Positions 41,090 to 51,612 of a stretch of DNA of 64,000 bases are shown piece by piece. Origin of the DNA: Nitrososphaeraceae archaeon. GTDB taxonomy: Archaea > Thermoproteota > Nitrososphaeria > Nitrososphaerales > Nitrososphaeraceae. Location: the NCBI GenBank assembly GCA_035250975.1, contig DATFEP010000004.1:1-64000 (forward strand), given 5' to 3'. The notes under the pieces are model-generated. The model was not told the DNA's origin and searched no databases. It saw only the letters and a program-made list of their open reading frames with translations. Both the position numbers and the translations under genes were made by a program. Each line of letters opens with the position of its first letter. Within the stretch, counting starts at the first letter, position 1.

Positions 41090-42352
41090 ATGTTGCACTG
41101 GAAAGAAACTCTGCCTGATTGGTACATTAAAGATTATGGTTATCAACCTAATATTAACATCGGAACTTCAGGACATGTGGACCATGGAAAAACAACACTT
41201 ATCGAAGCTATAACTGGAGTTTGGACTAGTGCTCATAGTGAGGAATTGAGGCGAGGAATTACAATAAAAGTCGGATATGCCGACGCAGCTTTTTATAAAT
41301 GTACGGACTGTCCTGCTCCAGAATGTTATTCAACACAACCAAAATGTAATAATTGTGGTAAAGAAAGCAATTTATTGCGGGTGGTAAGTTTTGTGGATTC
41401 TCCAGGACATGAAAGTTTGATGGCGAATATGTTATCCGGAGCAGGTTTGATGGATGGGGCTATCCTTGTAATCGCTGCCAATGAGTCTGTCCCCAAACCT
41501 CAGACGAGAGAACATATGCTTGCTCTTCAAGTACTAGGAATTAAACAGATTGTAATTGTCCAGAATAAGGTAGATTTAACCGAAAAAGATACCGCTTTGC
41601 AAAATTATGACCAGATTAAGGATTTTGTTAGTAGTTCCGTTGCCAAAGATGCACCTATAATTCCCATTTCTGCTCAACATAATGTCAATATTGATCTATT
41701 AATAGAATCAGTTGAAAATTATATCAAAACTCCTGAAAGAAATAAAAGTACTTTTCCAATAATGCATGTTTTAAGGTCATTTGACATAAATAAACCCGGA
41801 CTACGCATAGATGAAATAAATGGTGGAGCAATTGGCGGTGCTTTGATCCAAGGAGAATTTAATGTTGGAGATGATATAGAAATAAGGCCAGGATTATTAA
41901 ATAGTAAAGGAAAATACGAGGTAATTTACTCTAAAATTTCTGGTCTAGGAACAGGTGCAGGATTGGTAGAAAACGTCAAACCTGGTGGGTTGGTATCAAT
42001 TGGCACTACATTAGATCCCTCTTTTGTAAAGAGTGATTCTCTGATAGGATCGGTTGTTGGCAAACCGGGAACACTTCCTGAAGATGTATATGATATATCT
42101 GTGGAAACAAATCTTTTTGATACTGCTGTAGGAACTCAAGAATTGGTTAAAGTTGATCCAATAAAAAAGGGTGAACCTCTTAGAGTAAATATAGGTACAT
42201 CTGCTACTACCGCACTGGTGACTAATTCTAGAGATAAAAAAATAGAAATAAAATTAAAAAAACCAATTTGTCTTATACAAAACAGTCGTATAGCACTAAG
42301 CAGAAAGATTGGAGAAAGGTGGAGATTAATTGGAGCAGGTATTATAAAATAA
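41090..42352 (+). CDS. eif2g: Translation initiation factor 2 gamma subunit
   Basis: NIGTSGHVDHGKTT, RGITIKVGYA, DSPGHE, QNKVD, WRLIG. Confidence 0.97.
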   Translation: MLHWKETLPDWYIKDYGYQPNINIGTSGHVDHGKTTLIEAITGVWTSAHSEELRRGITIKVGYADAAFYKCTDCPAPECYSTQPKCNNCGKESNLLRVVSFVDSPGHESLMANMLSGAGLMDGAILVIAANESVPKPQTREHMLALQVLGIKQIVIVQNKVDLTEKDTALQNYDQIKDFVSSSVAKDAPIIPISAQHNVNIDLLIESVENYIKTPERNKSTFPIMHVLRSFDINKPGLRIDEINGGAIGGALIQGEFNVGDDIEIRPGLLNSKGKYEVIYSKISGLGTGAGLVENVKPGGLVSIGTTLDPSFVKSDSLIGSVVGKPGTLPEDVYDISVETNLFDTAVGTQELVKVDPIKKGEPLRVNIGTSATTALVTNSRDKKIEIKLKKPICLIQNSRIALSRKIGERWRLIGAGIIK

Positions 42353-42367
42353 ATTATAAATAGATAA

Positions 42368-42551
42368 TCAACTAAATTTATTCTTGTTAAAATTACCTTG
42401 GTAATCAAAACCCATATTTATTGCTCTGTCTTTCATTACTTCCAAGTATTCTTCGTAAGATATCTCTGACAAACAGTTGGGACAGCTGACCATAGTCATA
42501 TCGTCATTAACTTGTGCACTCTTATTACATTTATGGCATTTTGCTTCCAAC
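42368..42551 (-). CDS. Small zinc-ribbon protein
   Basis: MLEAKCHKC...VSCPNC...YEEYLEVM; start approximate (ORF track 42580, internal ATG more likely). Confidence 0.7.
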
Positions 42552-43391
42552 ATTCGATAGGATAATAGATCACATCTCATAATAAAAAGTTTATTTTATG
42601 TTAAAAACGGCGAGTACATTGGCTTTCGTGATATTTCTTCAAATCCAATAAATCCCGAAAAAAAACTGGCAAGTTATATTCTAATAAAAAGAACGAATAA
42701 TACGATTAATAGAATATTTTTGGTTTATTAATAACATACAAATAGTCAGCAGATTCGATAAATAAGGCTGAAAAAGGTATGGATTTTAGGAGAATTGACG
42801 AAATATTCAAAATTTCATTTTAAATTGAAATTGTTCTTTTATTTGATTAATATTATGGTAACCTGAAATCTTTATTTTCCGCCATTTCTTTTATTGGTTT
42901 AATTTTAACGTGTTTACCCCTTTTGATTCTAATTATTTAGTCGTATGTAGTTGGGATTGTTAATCTATTACATTAAAAACCTAAAAATTATTTTTAAAAA
43001 TGAACAGAAGTATTCTTGATTTGGAGTTTTTATATTCCAAGTTGACTAATTGTTGGATTGAAAACCTAAAACTAACATTAGATAAAATAAAAATTATCAT
43101 AACATAGTATAATATCAAAAATACAATTTGTTATATGATTACGTAACATATTTGATTTACAATAATAGGCTCTGTCAGGAGAGCACTGTCTTTATCTTTC
43201 TATTTTGAAGGATGTCTTTAAGCAGAGTATGACCATTATATTGTTTAAAGGGGTTAATTTTGGGATAGGCTCTAAATAATATTTGTTACCTTTGGACTAG
43301 ATAATTGACTAATTGAGAAATCGCAATATTTTACAACTAACAATTCCAAGTCTAGAGTTTGGTTGTCATAATGATCCTAAAATAATATTTG

Positions 43392-44507
43392 CTATATTAC
43401 TCCCGCTTCCGTTAATTTTCTTGGCAAATAAACTTCTGCCAAGTATTTAAAACCATGCTTAAAAAATGCGTCTAATTCGCATTTTTCCTTTCTCTTCAAA
43501 AAAATATTTAGTTGATTTTGCCACTGTTTTTCTTGTAACCATGGTTTTTTCTTCATATCATTAGCCCGATTTATGTCCTCTTGAGAAGCAGTTAATCTTG
43601 CTACCTCTGGAATGTTATAGTCATATATATCAGAAAACATCATTCCAAGTACTTTTGCATTTGGTGTCACCAATCTATCACTATCATAACTTAAAGATTC
43701 GCTTCCTATCTTGTATCTCAAAGCTATGCCCAGACCCCATGGGTCTGCATCGGCAAAAACTACAACGGGTTTATTCCATTTTTCACTAAGCATCTTGACC
43801 ATCATTCTTGTTGCCCTATCTGGCTCCCCTGAACCTGTCATAAGAATGGCATTATATTTCTGAATAAAACCCGATTTTCTTATGTTATTTAGTACAGTAT
43901 CTTTTTCTACAACCATCACAAAGTCTGCTGTAACATTAATTATTTCAACATCAAGTATATTGGTTGGTATCAGTTGCGAGGTAGCCCTACTTCCTAAATT
44001 GCAATCTATAATATCTCCGCCTACTCTCAAAGTTATTGGACCTGAGATCATTCCTTTTGGCTTGGAAGTAACAGAAAATTCTTCTCTAGGTATGCCTGTT
44101 ATTAATTCCACTGCTTTGATGGCATTGTCTGAATCATCCTGACCTTTCCAAAATTTTTCTTTATTTTTCTCATCACCTACCGAGCTCAAAGTTGCATAAT
44201 ACATTCCTCTAATTGTACTTTCCATTTCTTCGTCGAGTAATCTTCTAACTGCATTTGCCATGACAAGATATTGTGCAAAAGTTGGGATCTTTTTAATACT
44301 GTTTGGACTCACTACAACCTTCTTTTCTCCGATCGTAAGCATTCTCTTTTTTTCAGACCAAAAAGTATTATCATAACCTACCTTTGAAACTTCTAGTGAT
44401 GGCATTTTGTTTTCGACCAGAACATCGTCTGAAACCCTTTTCATTATCTGTTGTATTTTTTTTATTATCTCTTTGTGTCTTCTATTTCTGACTGGCAAAA
44501 TTCTCAC
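43392..44507 (-). CDS. top6A: DNA topoisomerase VI subunit A
   Basis: TIRGMYY (catalytic Tyr), VVEKD, DADPWG TOPRIM motif. Confidence 0.93.
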   Translation of the reverse strand: MRILPVRNRRHKEIIKKIQQIMKRVSDDVLVENKMPSLEVSKVGYDNTFWSEKKRMLTIGEKKVVVSPNSIKKIPTFAQYLVMANAVRRLLDEEMESTIRGMYYATLSSVGDEKNKEKFWKGQDDSDNAIKAVELITGIPREEFSVTSKPKGMISGPITLRVGGDIIDCNLGSRATSQLIPTNILDVEIINVTADFVMVVEKDTVLNNIRKSGFIQKYNAILMTGSGEPDRATRMMVKMLSEKWNKPVVVFADADPWGLGIALRYKIGSESLSYDSDRLVTPNAKVLGMMFSDIYDYNIPEVARLTASQEDINRANDMKKKPWLQEKQWQNQLNIFLKRKEKCELDAFFKHGFKYLAEVYLPRKLTEAGVI

Positions 44508-46471
44508 CTTAAATTAAAATCGTAAAGTGTCACTTTTTCGGAATTTTTTTGTTTATTCATTTTAGTTTCAAAAGCTATCTTTTTACCTCCCTTTTCTTTT
44601 CTTACATTACTCTTCTTATTCTCTATTTTAGACCTTTTGAATTTTTCTTTAGATCTCATATTTTTATTAGTATTATTATGTTTATCTTTAAATTCATCAT
44701 TTTTGCTTTGTTTGTTTTCTTTGGAAATTATTTCTCCATTAACGTGGCTTTCTGCAATATAATTAAACGCCTGTGTTAATTTCTCAACATCAATAGCTAT
44801 CGAATCAGATATTGCTTCAGTTATAAGTGGAATATAAAATTTGTAGAGTTTTAATCTGTTTTCTGCATCCTTTATTTTCAGATCCCTGCGGATTTGGGCA
44901 CTAACCTTTCTATAAAGATCGGAAAGACAAAATTTCATGTATCTTTTCATATCGCCTTCTGATGCAATACTTTCTTTTCCTGCGCTTTTATAGGGAATTT
45001 TTGTAGAACAAATATGGAAAAAAATGTGAATTGGTAGGAATTCTACTGCTCTTTCTGACTTTGTATTATTTTGTTCACTTCCAAAATGTTCTTTTGCTTC
45101 TTTTTTTGTTATTCCCATTTTGTTAATTCCAACTTCTGATACTACCTCCCTAGCAACGTCAGATCCCTCATCATATAACAACGGTATCTTATTAGCAAAT
45201 CTGTATAATTTGAAAGAACCTATATCGCCTCCATAAGCTATTCCACATTCGATAATAGTTGGTCTGTTGTTTATTACAGTAGAACGAGAGGAATATGAAG
45301 TGAGTGCAGGTTTTAGAATTGTTACTTTGAGGTTCTGCTGATTCATATGTCCATTTTGACCAGAATTTTGGTCCTTATTGTTTATTATAGAATATTCGGA
45401 TGTCATACCTGCTGTTAATATTTGTTCCCCTATGGGACTTAAATGCTCTGTGTTAGGAGATTGAAATTTTGTCTGTTTACATACATTGACTATCTTAATT
45501 AATTCTTGTTCTGAATATTGGTGTGACGGTTTATTATGTATCTCAGCAATATTTATTATTTCTTTTGCCTTCTCGTTAGACAGTTTTTGAAATGAGGTTG
45601 ATAATACCCCTTGTATTGTTGTTTTTTGGTTCATAAAGTTAAAAATTGCTTTTTTTAAAGTCTGCAAATCCATATCCGCTGGATGAGGAAGAACCTCCTT
45701 AGATGGCTCAGGCATTTTCTCGGTCCTTCTTTTAAATACTATTTTTCCTTCATGATTTTCAAATGTAATGTTCACATATGGATTTACTACACTAGTTTGA
45801 GTAACGTAATCATAGATCTTGTTCTTTGTAACCGGAGATAATCTAGCTCTTAGAGTTGCAGAAATATGAAATCCATGTTCTTTATTTATTATTGACTCCG
45901 ATTCAGATACAGTCCTTTTGGTTAATACAACTGGTTTATTTGTAGATATATCGGTCCTAAGTTCATGATAGTATTCTATCCCCTCTTCAAATGCTTTTGA
46001 CCATACCTGGAGTGGTCTGTCCGTATCTTTTGTAGAAAATGCAGCTATCATTTTCAGACCTACGCCAAATAATCCTCTCTGTTGTTTTTCCACATATTTT
46101 CCAGAAGTTAGGAAAGAACAAACAGCTACGGGAACTTTTTCTGCAGGTATCCCAATTCCGTTATCGCTGCATGAGATGGACCACAAATCATTTATCGGGT
46201 CAATTTGTTTTAATGATATCATTATCTCTGGTAGTATGTGATTTGCTTCGCAAGAGTCCAGTGCATTTTCTATCAGTTCTCTTATTGCCATATAAAGAAT
46301 ACGTTCTCCAGTAAATCCAGCTAAAGCAGAATTGTCTACGAAAAATTCAGATTCTGCTTTCCTGTGATATTTTACTTTAATTTTTTTAATATCATGATTA
46401 TTATTAGATATTTTGCGAATTTTCTTGTCTTTATTTTGATATTCTAATTCTAATTTAGCAAGAGATTTCAA
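44504..46471 (-). CDS. top6B: DNA topoisomerase VI subunit B
   Basis: RELIENALD, DNGIGI, QQRGLFGVG, RFANKIPL, IPYKSAGKE. Confidence 0.95.
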   Translation of the reverse strand: MKSLAKLELEYQNKDKKIRKISNNNHDIKKIKVKYHRKAESEFFVDNSALAGFTGERILYMAIRELIENALDSCEANHILPEIMISLKQIDPINDLWSISCSDNGIGIPAEKVPVAVCSFLTSGKYVEKQQRGLFGVGLKMIAAFSTKDTDRPLQVWSKAFEEGIEYYHELRTDISTNKPVVLTKRTVSESESIINKEHGFHISATLRARLSPVTKNKIYDYVTQTSVVNPYVNITFENHEGKIVFKRRTEKMPEPSKEVLPHPADMDLQTLKKAIFNFMNQKTTIQGVLSTSFQKLSNEKAKEIINIAEIHNKPSHQYSEQELIKIVNVCKQTKFQSPNTEHLSPIGEQILTAGMTSEYSIINNKDQNSGQNGHMNQQNLKVTILKPALTSYSSRSTVINNRPTIIECGIAYGGDIGSFKLYRFANKIPLLYDEGSDVAREVVSEVGINKMGITKKEAKEHFGSEQNNTKSERAVEFLPIHIFFHICSTKIPYKSAGKESIASEGDMKRYMKFCLSDLYRKVSAQIRRDLKIKDAENRLKLYKFYIPLITEAISDSIAIDVEKLTQAFNYIAESHVNGEIISKENKQSKNDEFKDKHNNTNKNMRSKEKFKRSKIENKKSNVRKEKGGKKIAFETKMNKQKNSEKVTLYDFNLR

Positions 46472-46541
46472 TAGATAAGGGTTTTATTTATTTGCTCAAT
46501 TTATCTTTTAGGATTTTAATAGTATTTCTGAAATTATGAAG

Positions 46542-46703
46542 CTAAACCTGTGATCCATATGGAGTCGTGGAATTCTTTAATTCTTTTAAAGTTTTGAAAT
46601 TAACTTCAATTAAATATCTTGTTTTTTCCTTTTCGATAACAATGAAATCAGATCCCGTTCCCACTATTTCCGCACCTACGAGTTCTTTATTTTTAACTGC
46701 CAA
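46542..46703 (-). CDS. Small hypothetical protein, not in ORF track
   Basis: TTG start; MAVKNKELVGAEIVGTGSDFIVIEKEKTRYLIEVNFKTLKELKNSTTPYGSQV*; GGGGTGA Shine-Dalgarno just upstream. Confidence 0.6.
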   Translation of the reverse strand: MAVKNKELVGAEIVGTGSDFIVIEKEKTRYLIEVNFKTLKELKNSTTPYGSQV

Positions 46704-46715
46704 TCATGTCACCCC

Positions 46716-47123
46716 TTATATTTGATCTATATTATGCGAGTTCTTGACAGCGGAGATTATTTTCCAATAGTCTTGTACTAAAAAGGAATCTACTATTCCT
46801 TGAACAACAAATTGGTTTCTATCTGACAGCGTTATATCCATTGCCACAGCACTATAAGGAATTTCAAATTTTTCAACTATTTCCTCTTCGCTTGTATCAA
46901 AAACCTTATTTATACTCTTGTCATTGTTGTATTCAAATCCCATTACTCGTGTTATTTTTCTGTGACCAGAGCCTCCTCCTCTCCCCCCTGCAGAGCCTTT
47001 AGATTCATCGACTATGAGAAGAAATAGTTTATTTTCGAAGTCTTCTGACAAATTAATATTTCTACTTGATACCACTAGCTTCCTCTGTGGTCTTAATAAA
47101 GTCTCTTCAAATTCATTTATCAT
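46716..47123 (-). CDS. Conserved-looking hypothetical protein
   Basis: DESKGSAGGRGGGSGHRKI glycine motif; 135 aa. Confidence 0.7.
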   Translation of the reverse strand: MINEFEETLLRPQRKLVVSSRNINLSEDFENKLFLLIVDESKGSAGGRGGGSGHRKITRVMGFEYNNDKSINKVFDTSEEEIVEKFEIPYSAVAMDITLSDRNQFVVQGIVDSFLVQDYWKIISAVKNSHNIDQI

Positions 47124-47215
47124 TTCCTTTTAATGATTTAACTTATTATAATATTCTTGGCATTAATAAGAAATAAGTTGAAAAGATAGTTTTTATATTT
47201 TTGGTTATTATCTCC

Positions 47216-50002
47216 TCATCTATTTTCAATTATTACCCGTTTTATTTTTGCATCTTCTAGATTAATTGGTTGGTTGTTTTGATTAGTTTTTTGGGATTCT
47301 ATCTTTTCAACTATATCTATTCCTTCAATTACTTTTCCAAAAACTGTATATTGATTGTCTAGAAATTGAGAATCTCTTGTAACTATGAAGAATTGGGAAC
47401 CCGCGCTATTGGGATCAGAAGTTCTTGCCATTGACAATATCCCTTTCTTATGAGGTATATCATTGAATTCGGCGTTTATCGTGAAGTTGGGTCCTCCTGT
47501 TCCCCATCTCTCTTTTTCTGTTTCATTATTCTTTGTGTTGGGATCTCCAGCTTGGATCACAAAATCCTTAACTATTCTGTGGAAAACAACGCCGTCGTAG
47601 AAGCCACTCTTTGAGAGCTTAATAAAATTTTCCACATGTTTTGGTGCTGCCTTAGGGAAAAATTCTAGCGTGATATTCCCCTGTGTTGTTTCAAGAATTG
47701 CAATATTTGCTGATGGTGTCATATCTGCCTTTATCATGTCCTCAGAATTTACTTTTGTATTATTTGATTCTTTGTCTGTTTTGTTTTTGGTAATGTTTGA
47801 CTGTTCGCTTGAGACTGGTTTTGGCATGTAATCTTTATTTATCTGATACAATAATACTCCAAAAACAATGTCATCCATGTTATTTTCAAAACTTGGTGAT
47901 GAATAAACAAGTGTTAATGGTTGATCATTTGTACCATCAATTGGATATTTAATATCCTTCACATTGATAGCAATTGTTCCTGACGAGTAATCTGGCTGTA
48001 AATTAGCTAACATACCATTATTAACAGAAGCATATTGAACAGGTGTGAATGGAGTAATTTTTCCTAGTAACGTATTATTCCAAAAGTTTGAATTTGGTGT
48101 GAAACCATCGTCTTGAACATAATCTCTCTCATTAAATCCACCTATTCTCATGAACCATTGTTTTTTGCTTTCGTCTCCACCGCTTCCAAGGGTATAGAAG
48201 GCATTACCATCAGGCCCTTGGTGTCTGTCTGCAACGATATATACTAATATATAATCCGCCTTGAGATCTTTAGCGATGGTCATTCCAGTTTCTGGGTCAC
48301 TCATAAGCATTTTTGCGATGGTCTGTATCCTTGTCTGATTAATAGTGGCATTATCTGCCAATGTTATTCTATTTCCAAGAGTCGTAATCCAATAACCGTA
48401 ATCCCACCACGAAGCAATGACTGAATCCTTAGGCGTGTTATTAGATATCCAATCCAACGCATCGGTCCAATCATCAACTTGAATCCTAAATCCTGTTGCG
48501 CCATTAGCGATAGAAGGCGGAATATCTGCTGAACTTATCCAGTTGAAATTTCTTGGATAAAGGATACCGCCAGTGTCTAGTAATGGAATGGAAACCAAAA
48601 AAATGAGTACTACTACATAGGATACCTTTACTAACGATTTTACTTGAGGTGAAATCTTTCCTTGTCTAACACTCTTTTTAAATTCCTTTTCGCTTAACCT
48701 TCCCTGGCTGGCTACTTTGTATTGAAGAATACCTCTTGTTATCTCATAAATTCCAATTGAACCAAGCATGACTATTGAAATAGAAGAATAAACCATTAAC
48801 CTTGCAAAAGTAGCACTTACATACAGTCCTGTAATACCTATTATCAGTGCAAATATCGTCATGTCATTTCTTTTGGAGAATGCAACTAGGACTCCAAACC
48901 CTGCAAAAAATAACAGAATAGAATAATCAGTAAAATAATCTACTACAGTGGGCGTGGAGTGTTCTGCAACAGATTCCACAAGGGGAATTTGAGATGATAA
49001 AAATGGATTTATTGCGTTTAGGTATCTAAATGACGATGGCTGATAAGCTCCAGCAGCAACAATGCCTATGGCTAGAGTTATGAATATTGCCAAGCTAGCA
49101 ATAAGATTCCGCGTAATTTTTGATTGTTTACTTTTTTCCCTGATTATAGATCCGATCACACAAAATAGAGCACCCCCAATTAATGCTATACCAGGGAGTC
49201 CTATAACAAAAGATAATCCCGGTCTAGGAAACGCTCCTGCTGCGATTAAAGTAACAATGGTAAATATTACCACTGCAGATACAATTGATTTTGAATCTTT
49301 TCTAATAAACGGTAACGCAAAGAAAAAGATAGCTAATGGTATGCTAAAATATTGTATTCCTCCCCATGAAGCATTAGCCAATCCCAAAATTAATCCAGCT
49401 CCTACTACCTTTACAATTGTTATTCGAAGATTCTTTTCCTTTATTGCAGAGAGAAAAAGATAAATCGATAGAATTCCGAGGAATAATCCCAAAGGTTCTG
49501 ATTTGAACCAGCCCAAATTCCCTCTCTGAATTATTGCGGGCATAAATGCAAATAACAAACTTGCAAACATTCCAGCTGTAGTACTACTGATAATTCTCAC
49601 GAATGCAAAAATAACTATTGTGGTAAGAGAACCGATCACTACCGGGAACATTATCACAAAATCAAGCAACGATGACCCAAAACCAAATATCTTGTATAGT
49701 ACTGCTGCTGTGAGGTGAAGTCCAACTTGTGAAGATTTTGGAACATCTCTACCTTCTGGATACCAAGACATGTTATCATGCCAATGAAGATATTCGGAAA
49801 AACCGTTGTCCACTATGTATTTTGTTGCTCTATAATCAAAATACGGATCAAATTCATTTAGCACGAAACCGTACTTGATTGGATACGATCTCATTATAAA
49901 AGCAGTCGAAAAAGCAATTATCAAAACTGCGATTACGAGTAAATGTTTAGTTCTAAAATCAAAAGAATTTACACTGAATAATATTTCATTTCCTTGTAAC
50001 AT
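47216..50002 (-). CDS. aglB: Oligosaccharyltransferase AglB/STT3 fused to a C-terminal cyclophilin-type PPIase
   Basis: NEFDPYF, SVAEH, WWDYG, ADNAT; C-terminal FYDGVVFHRIVKDFVIQAGDP, LSMARTSDPNSAGSQFFI, YTVFGKV. Confidence 0.92.
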   Translation of the reverse strand: MLQGNEILFSVNSFDFRTKHLLVIAVLIIAFSTAFIMRSYPIKYGFVLNEFDPYFDYRATKYIVDNGFSEYLHWHDNMSWYPEGRDVPKSSQVGLHLTAAVLYKIFGFGSSLLDFVIMFPVVIGSLTTIVIFAFVRIISSTTAGMFASLLFAFMPAIIQRGNLGWFKSEPLGLFLGILSIYLFLSAIKEKNLRITIVKVVGAGLILGLANASWGGIQYFSIPLAIFFFALPFIRKDSKSIVSAVVIFTIVTLIAAGAFPRPGLSFVIGLPGIALIGGALFCVIGSIIREKSKQSKITRNLIASLAIFITLAIGIVAAGAYQPSSFRYLNAINPFLSSQIPLVESVAEHSTPTVVDYFTDYSILLFFAGFGVLVAFSKRNDMTIFALIIGITGLYVSATFARLMVYSSISIVMLGSIGIYEITRGILQYKVASQGRLSEKEFKKSVRQGKISPQVKSLVKVSYVVVLIFLVSIPLLDTGGILYPRNFNWISSADIPPSIANGATGFRIQVDDWTDALDWISNNTPKDSVIASWWDYGYWITTLGNRITLADNATINQTRIQTIAKMLMSDPETGMTIAKDLKADYILVYIVADRHQGPDGNAFYTLGSGGDESKKQWFMRIGGFNERDYVQDDGFTPNSNFWNNTLLGKITPFTPVQYASVNNGMLANLQPDYSSGTIAINVKDIKYPIDGTNDQPLTLVYSSPSFENNMDDIVFGVLLYQINKDYMPKPVSSEQSNITKNKTDKESNNTKVNSEDMIKADMTPSANIAILETTQGNITLEFFPKAAPKHVENFIKLSKSGFYDGVVFHRIVKDFVIQAGDPNTKNNETEKERWGTGGPNFTINAEFNDIPHKKGILSMARTSDPNSAGSQFFIVTRDSQFLDNQYTVFGKVIEGIDIVEKIESQKTNQNNQPINLEDAKIKRVIIENR

Positions 50003-50103
50003 TGTATTAAAATACTGTTTTTAACTTCCTTTATAAGTTAATGTCTATAATAAGCAATTATAAGAATTTTCAATTCAATTTACGTTGTTAGTCATTTTGC
50101 TTA

Positions 50104-50493
50104 TTATCCACGATTACATGGTACGATGTATTTAAGTTTCATCTCTTTTCCTCCTTTATCAACCTTATAATCATTATTTTTATCATCTATAAAACGGAGT
50201 GTATATCCATCAAGATATAAATCCTCTACAATAGCATAATCATGAAATCCACCCGTGCTATTAGTGTTATAATAACTAAATGTGTCTAATACCTGTTTAG
50301 AGTTGATAAATTCCGAATACACGTTTCCATATGGGTTGAAACCATTAACTGTAATATTTAACCTATGATCATAGAATTTTCCGCAGCTTGGAGATATCTT
50401 AATTATTGGATCTAGAGCGTAGACATAAGAGAAATAGAAGTTACACAATATAAACAGAATCCCAATAGTAATGTGCACCCTAAAATTTTTCAT
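50104..50493 (-). CDS. Hypothetical secreted protein
   Basis: Signal-peptide-like N-terminus; two Cys in the mature part. Confidence 0.6.
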   Translation of the reverse strand: MKNFRVHITIGILFILCNFYFSYVYALDPIIKISPSCGKFYDHRLNITVNGFNPYGNVYSEFINSKQVLDTFSYYNTNSTGGFHDYAIVEDLYLDGYTLRFIDDKNNDYKVDKGGKEMKLKYIVPCNRG

Positions 50494-50570
50494 TCATTTG
50501 TATATTAAATATTGATATCTAAATTATTACTCGATTTTCGTATGGGAAAAAAGAATCAAATAGTTTGATA

Positions 50571-51560
50571 TTATCTATACAAGGATGCATATATGAAAGG
50601 TAGTAGAGTTGTAATTTCTCCATGTATCGTTACTTGTTTTGCATTTACGTTTACCTTGTTCCATGATATTGCTTCTCTCACTTCAGCTCCACTTAGACTT
50701 CCATCCCACTCATTTGCAGTGGTAACATATACAGCATAATCTAGACCATCCCTAAATTGGTTCCACCATAATGTATGGTGTTTTGATATTCCTCCACCTA
50801 GCATTAAAGCACCTGTTTTTTTTGCATCGAATACAAGATCCGAAATTCTTGATTGGTCTTTCAATAAATTTAGTACAAAATCCTTGTGTTGCTGATAAAA
50901 TAACCATATTTGGCTTCCAACCGCTCCGTCAACCAAACCAGGAACAATCACTGGAATCTTATTCTTATGTGCCCAATATAAAATGGAATTATCGTCTAAT
51001 TTGCTACCAATGTAATCCACAATTTCATGACCAGAAACTTCTTTATGTTTGTCATAATACTCCAAAAGAAAATGTTGAACTTTGTTTTCGATTAATGGTC
51101 CGTAATTTTTAGTTGGAATAAATACGTTTCCTAATCTATGTATATTTCGTTTCTTCAAATAACTATCATTAATATTAAATTCTCCTGCATAATATTTTCC
51201 AAATGTTTTAGCAACATCATGATCTAAAGCGCCGCATGTAGTTATTATACAATCAAACATCTTTCTTTTTATCATATCTTTTACGATACCTCTTGCTCCG
51301 GTGGAAATAATAGCGCCAACAAAGGATAAGAAACGTGTACATTGATTGTCATCTATCATATTCCTTGTAATATTTATCGCCTTCGTTAAATTTGTTGATT
51401 CAAATCCACCGGAATAAGACATTTGACTTATTATTTCCTTCAAATCATTTTTTTTAATTTCATAATCTATTATGTCATAATTTTTAATGCTTTTACTCTT
51501 ATCATTATTTATCATATCAAGAGTCTTATAAGTATCAATATAAAATATCTTCTGTCTCAT
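50571..51560 (-). CDS. dys: Deoxyhypusine synthase
   Basis: IHRLGNV, GGGISKHH, WDGSLSGA, EAISWNK (catalytic Lys); start probably downstream. Confidence 0.9.
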   Translation of the reverse strand: MRQKIFYIDTYKTLDMINNDKSKSIKNYDIIDYEIKKNDLKEIISQMSYSGGFESTNLTKAINITRNMIDDNQCTRFLSFVGAIISTGARGIVKDMIKRKMFDCIITTCGALDHDVAKTFGKYYAGEFNINDSYLKKRNIHRLGNVFIPTKNYGPLIENKVQHFLLEYYDKHKEVSGHEIVDYIGSKLDDNSILYWAHKNKIPVIVPGLVDGAVGSQIWLFYQQHKDFVLNLLKDQSRISDLVFDAKKTGALMLGGGISKHHTLWWNQFRDGLDYAVYVTTANEWDGSLSGAEVREAISWNKVNVNAKQVTIHGEITTLLPFIYASLYR

Positions 51561-51612
51561 TCTTGATATTGATATGGATTTTTATAAATGACCGTACTCT
51601 TAAAGAATTAAC

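Noticed and set aside
39770-43390. Long AT-rich gaps (39770-40400, 42600-43390) as replication origin or ncRNA
   Set aside because: No cdc6/orc gene, ORB-like repeats or convincing structured GC-rich segment recognised.
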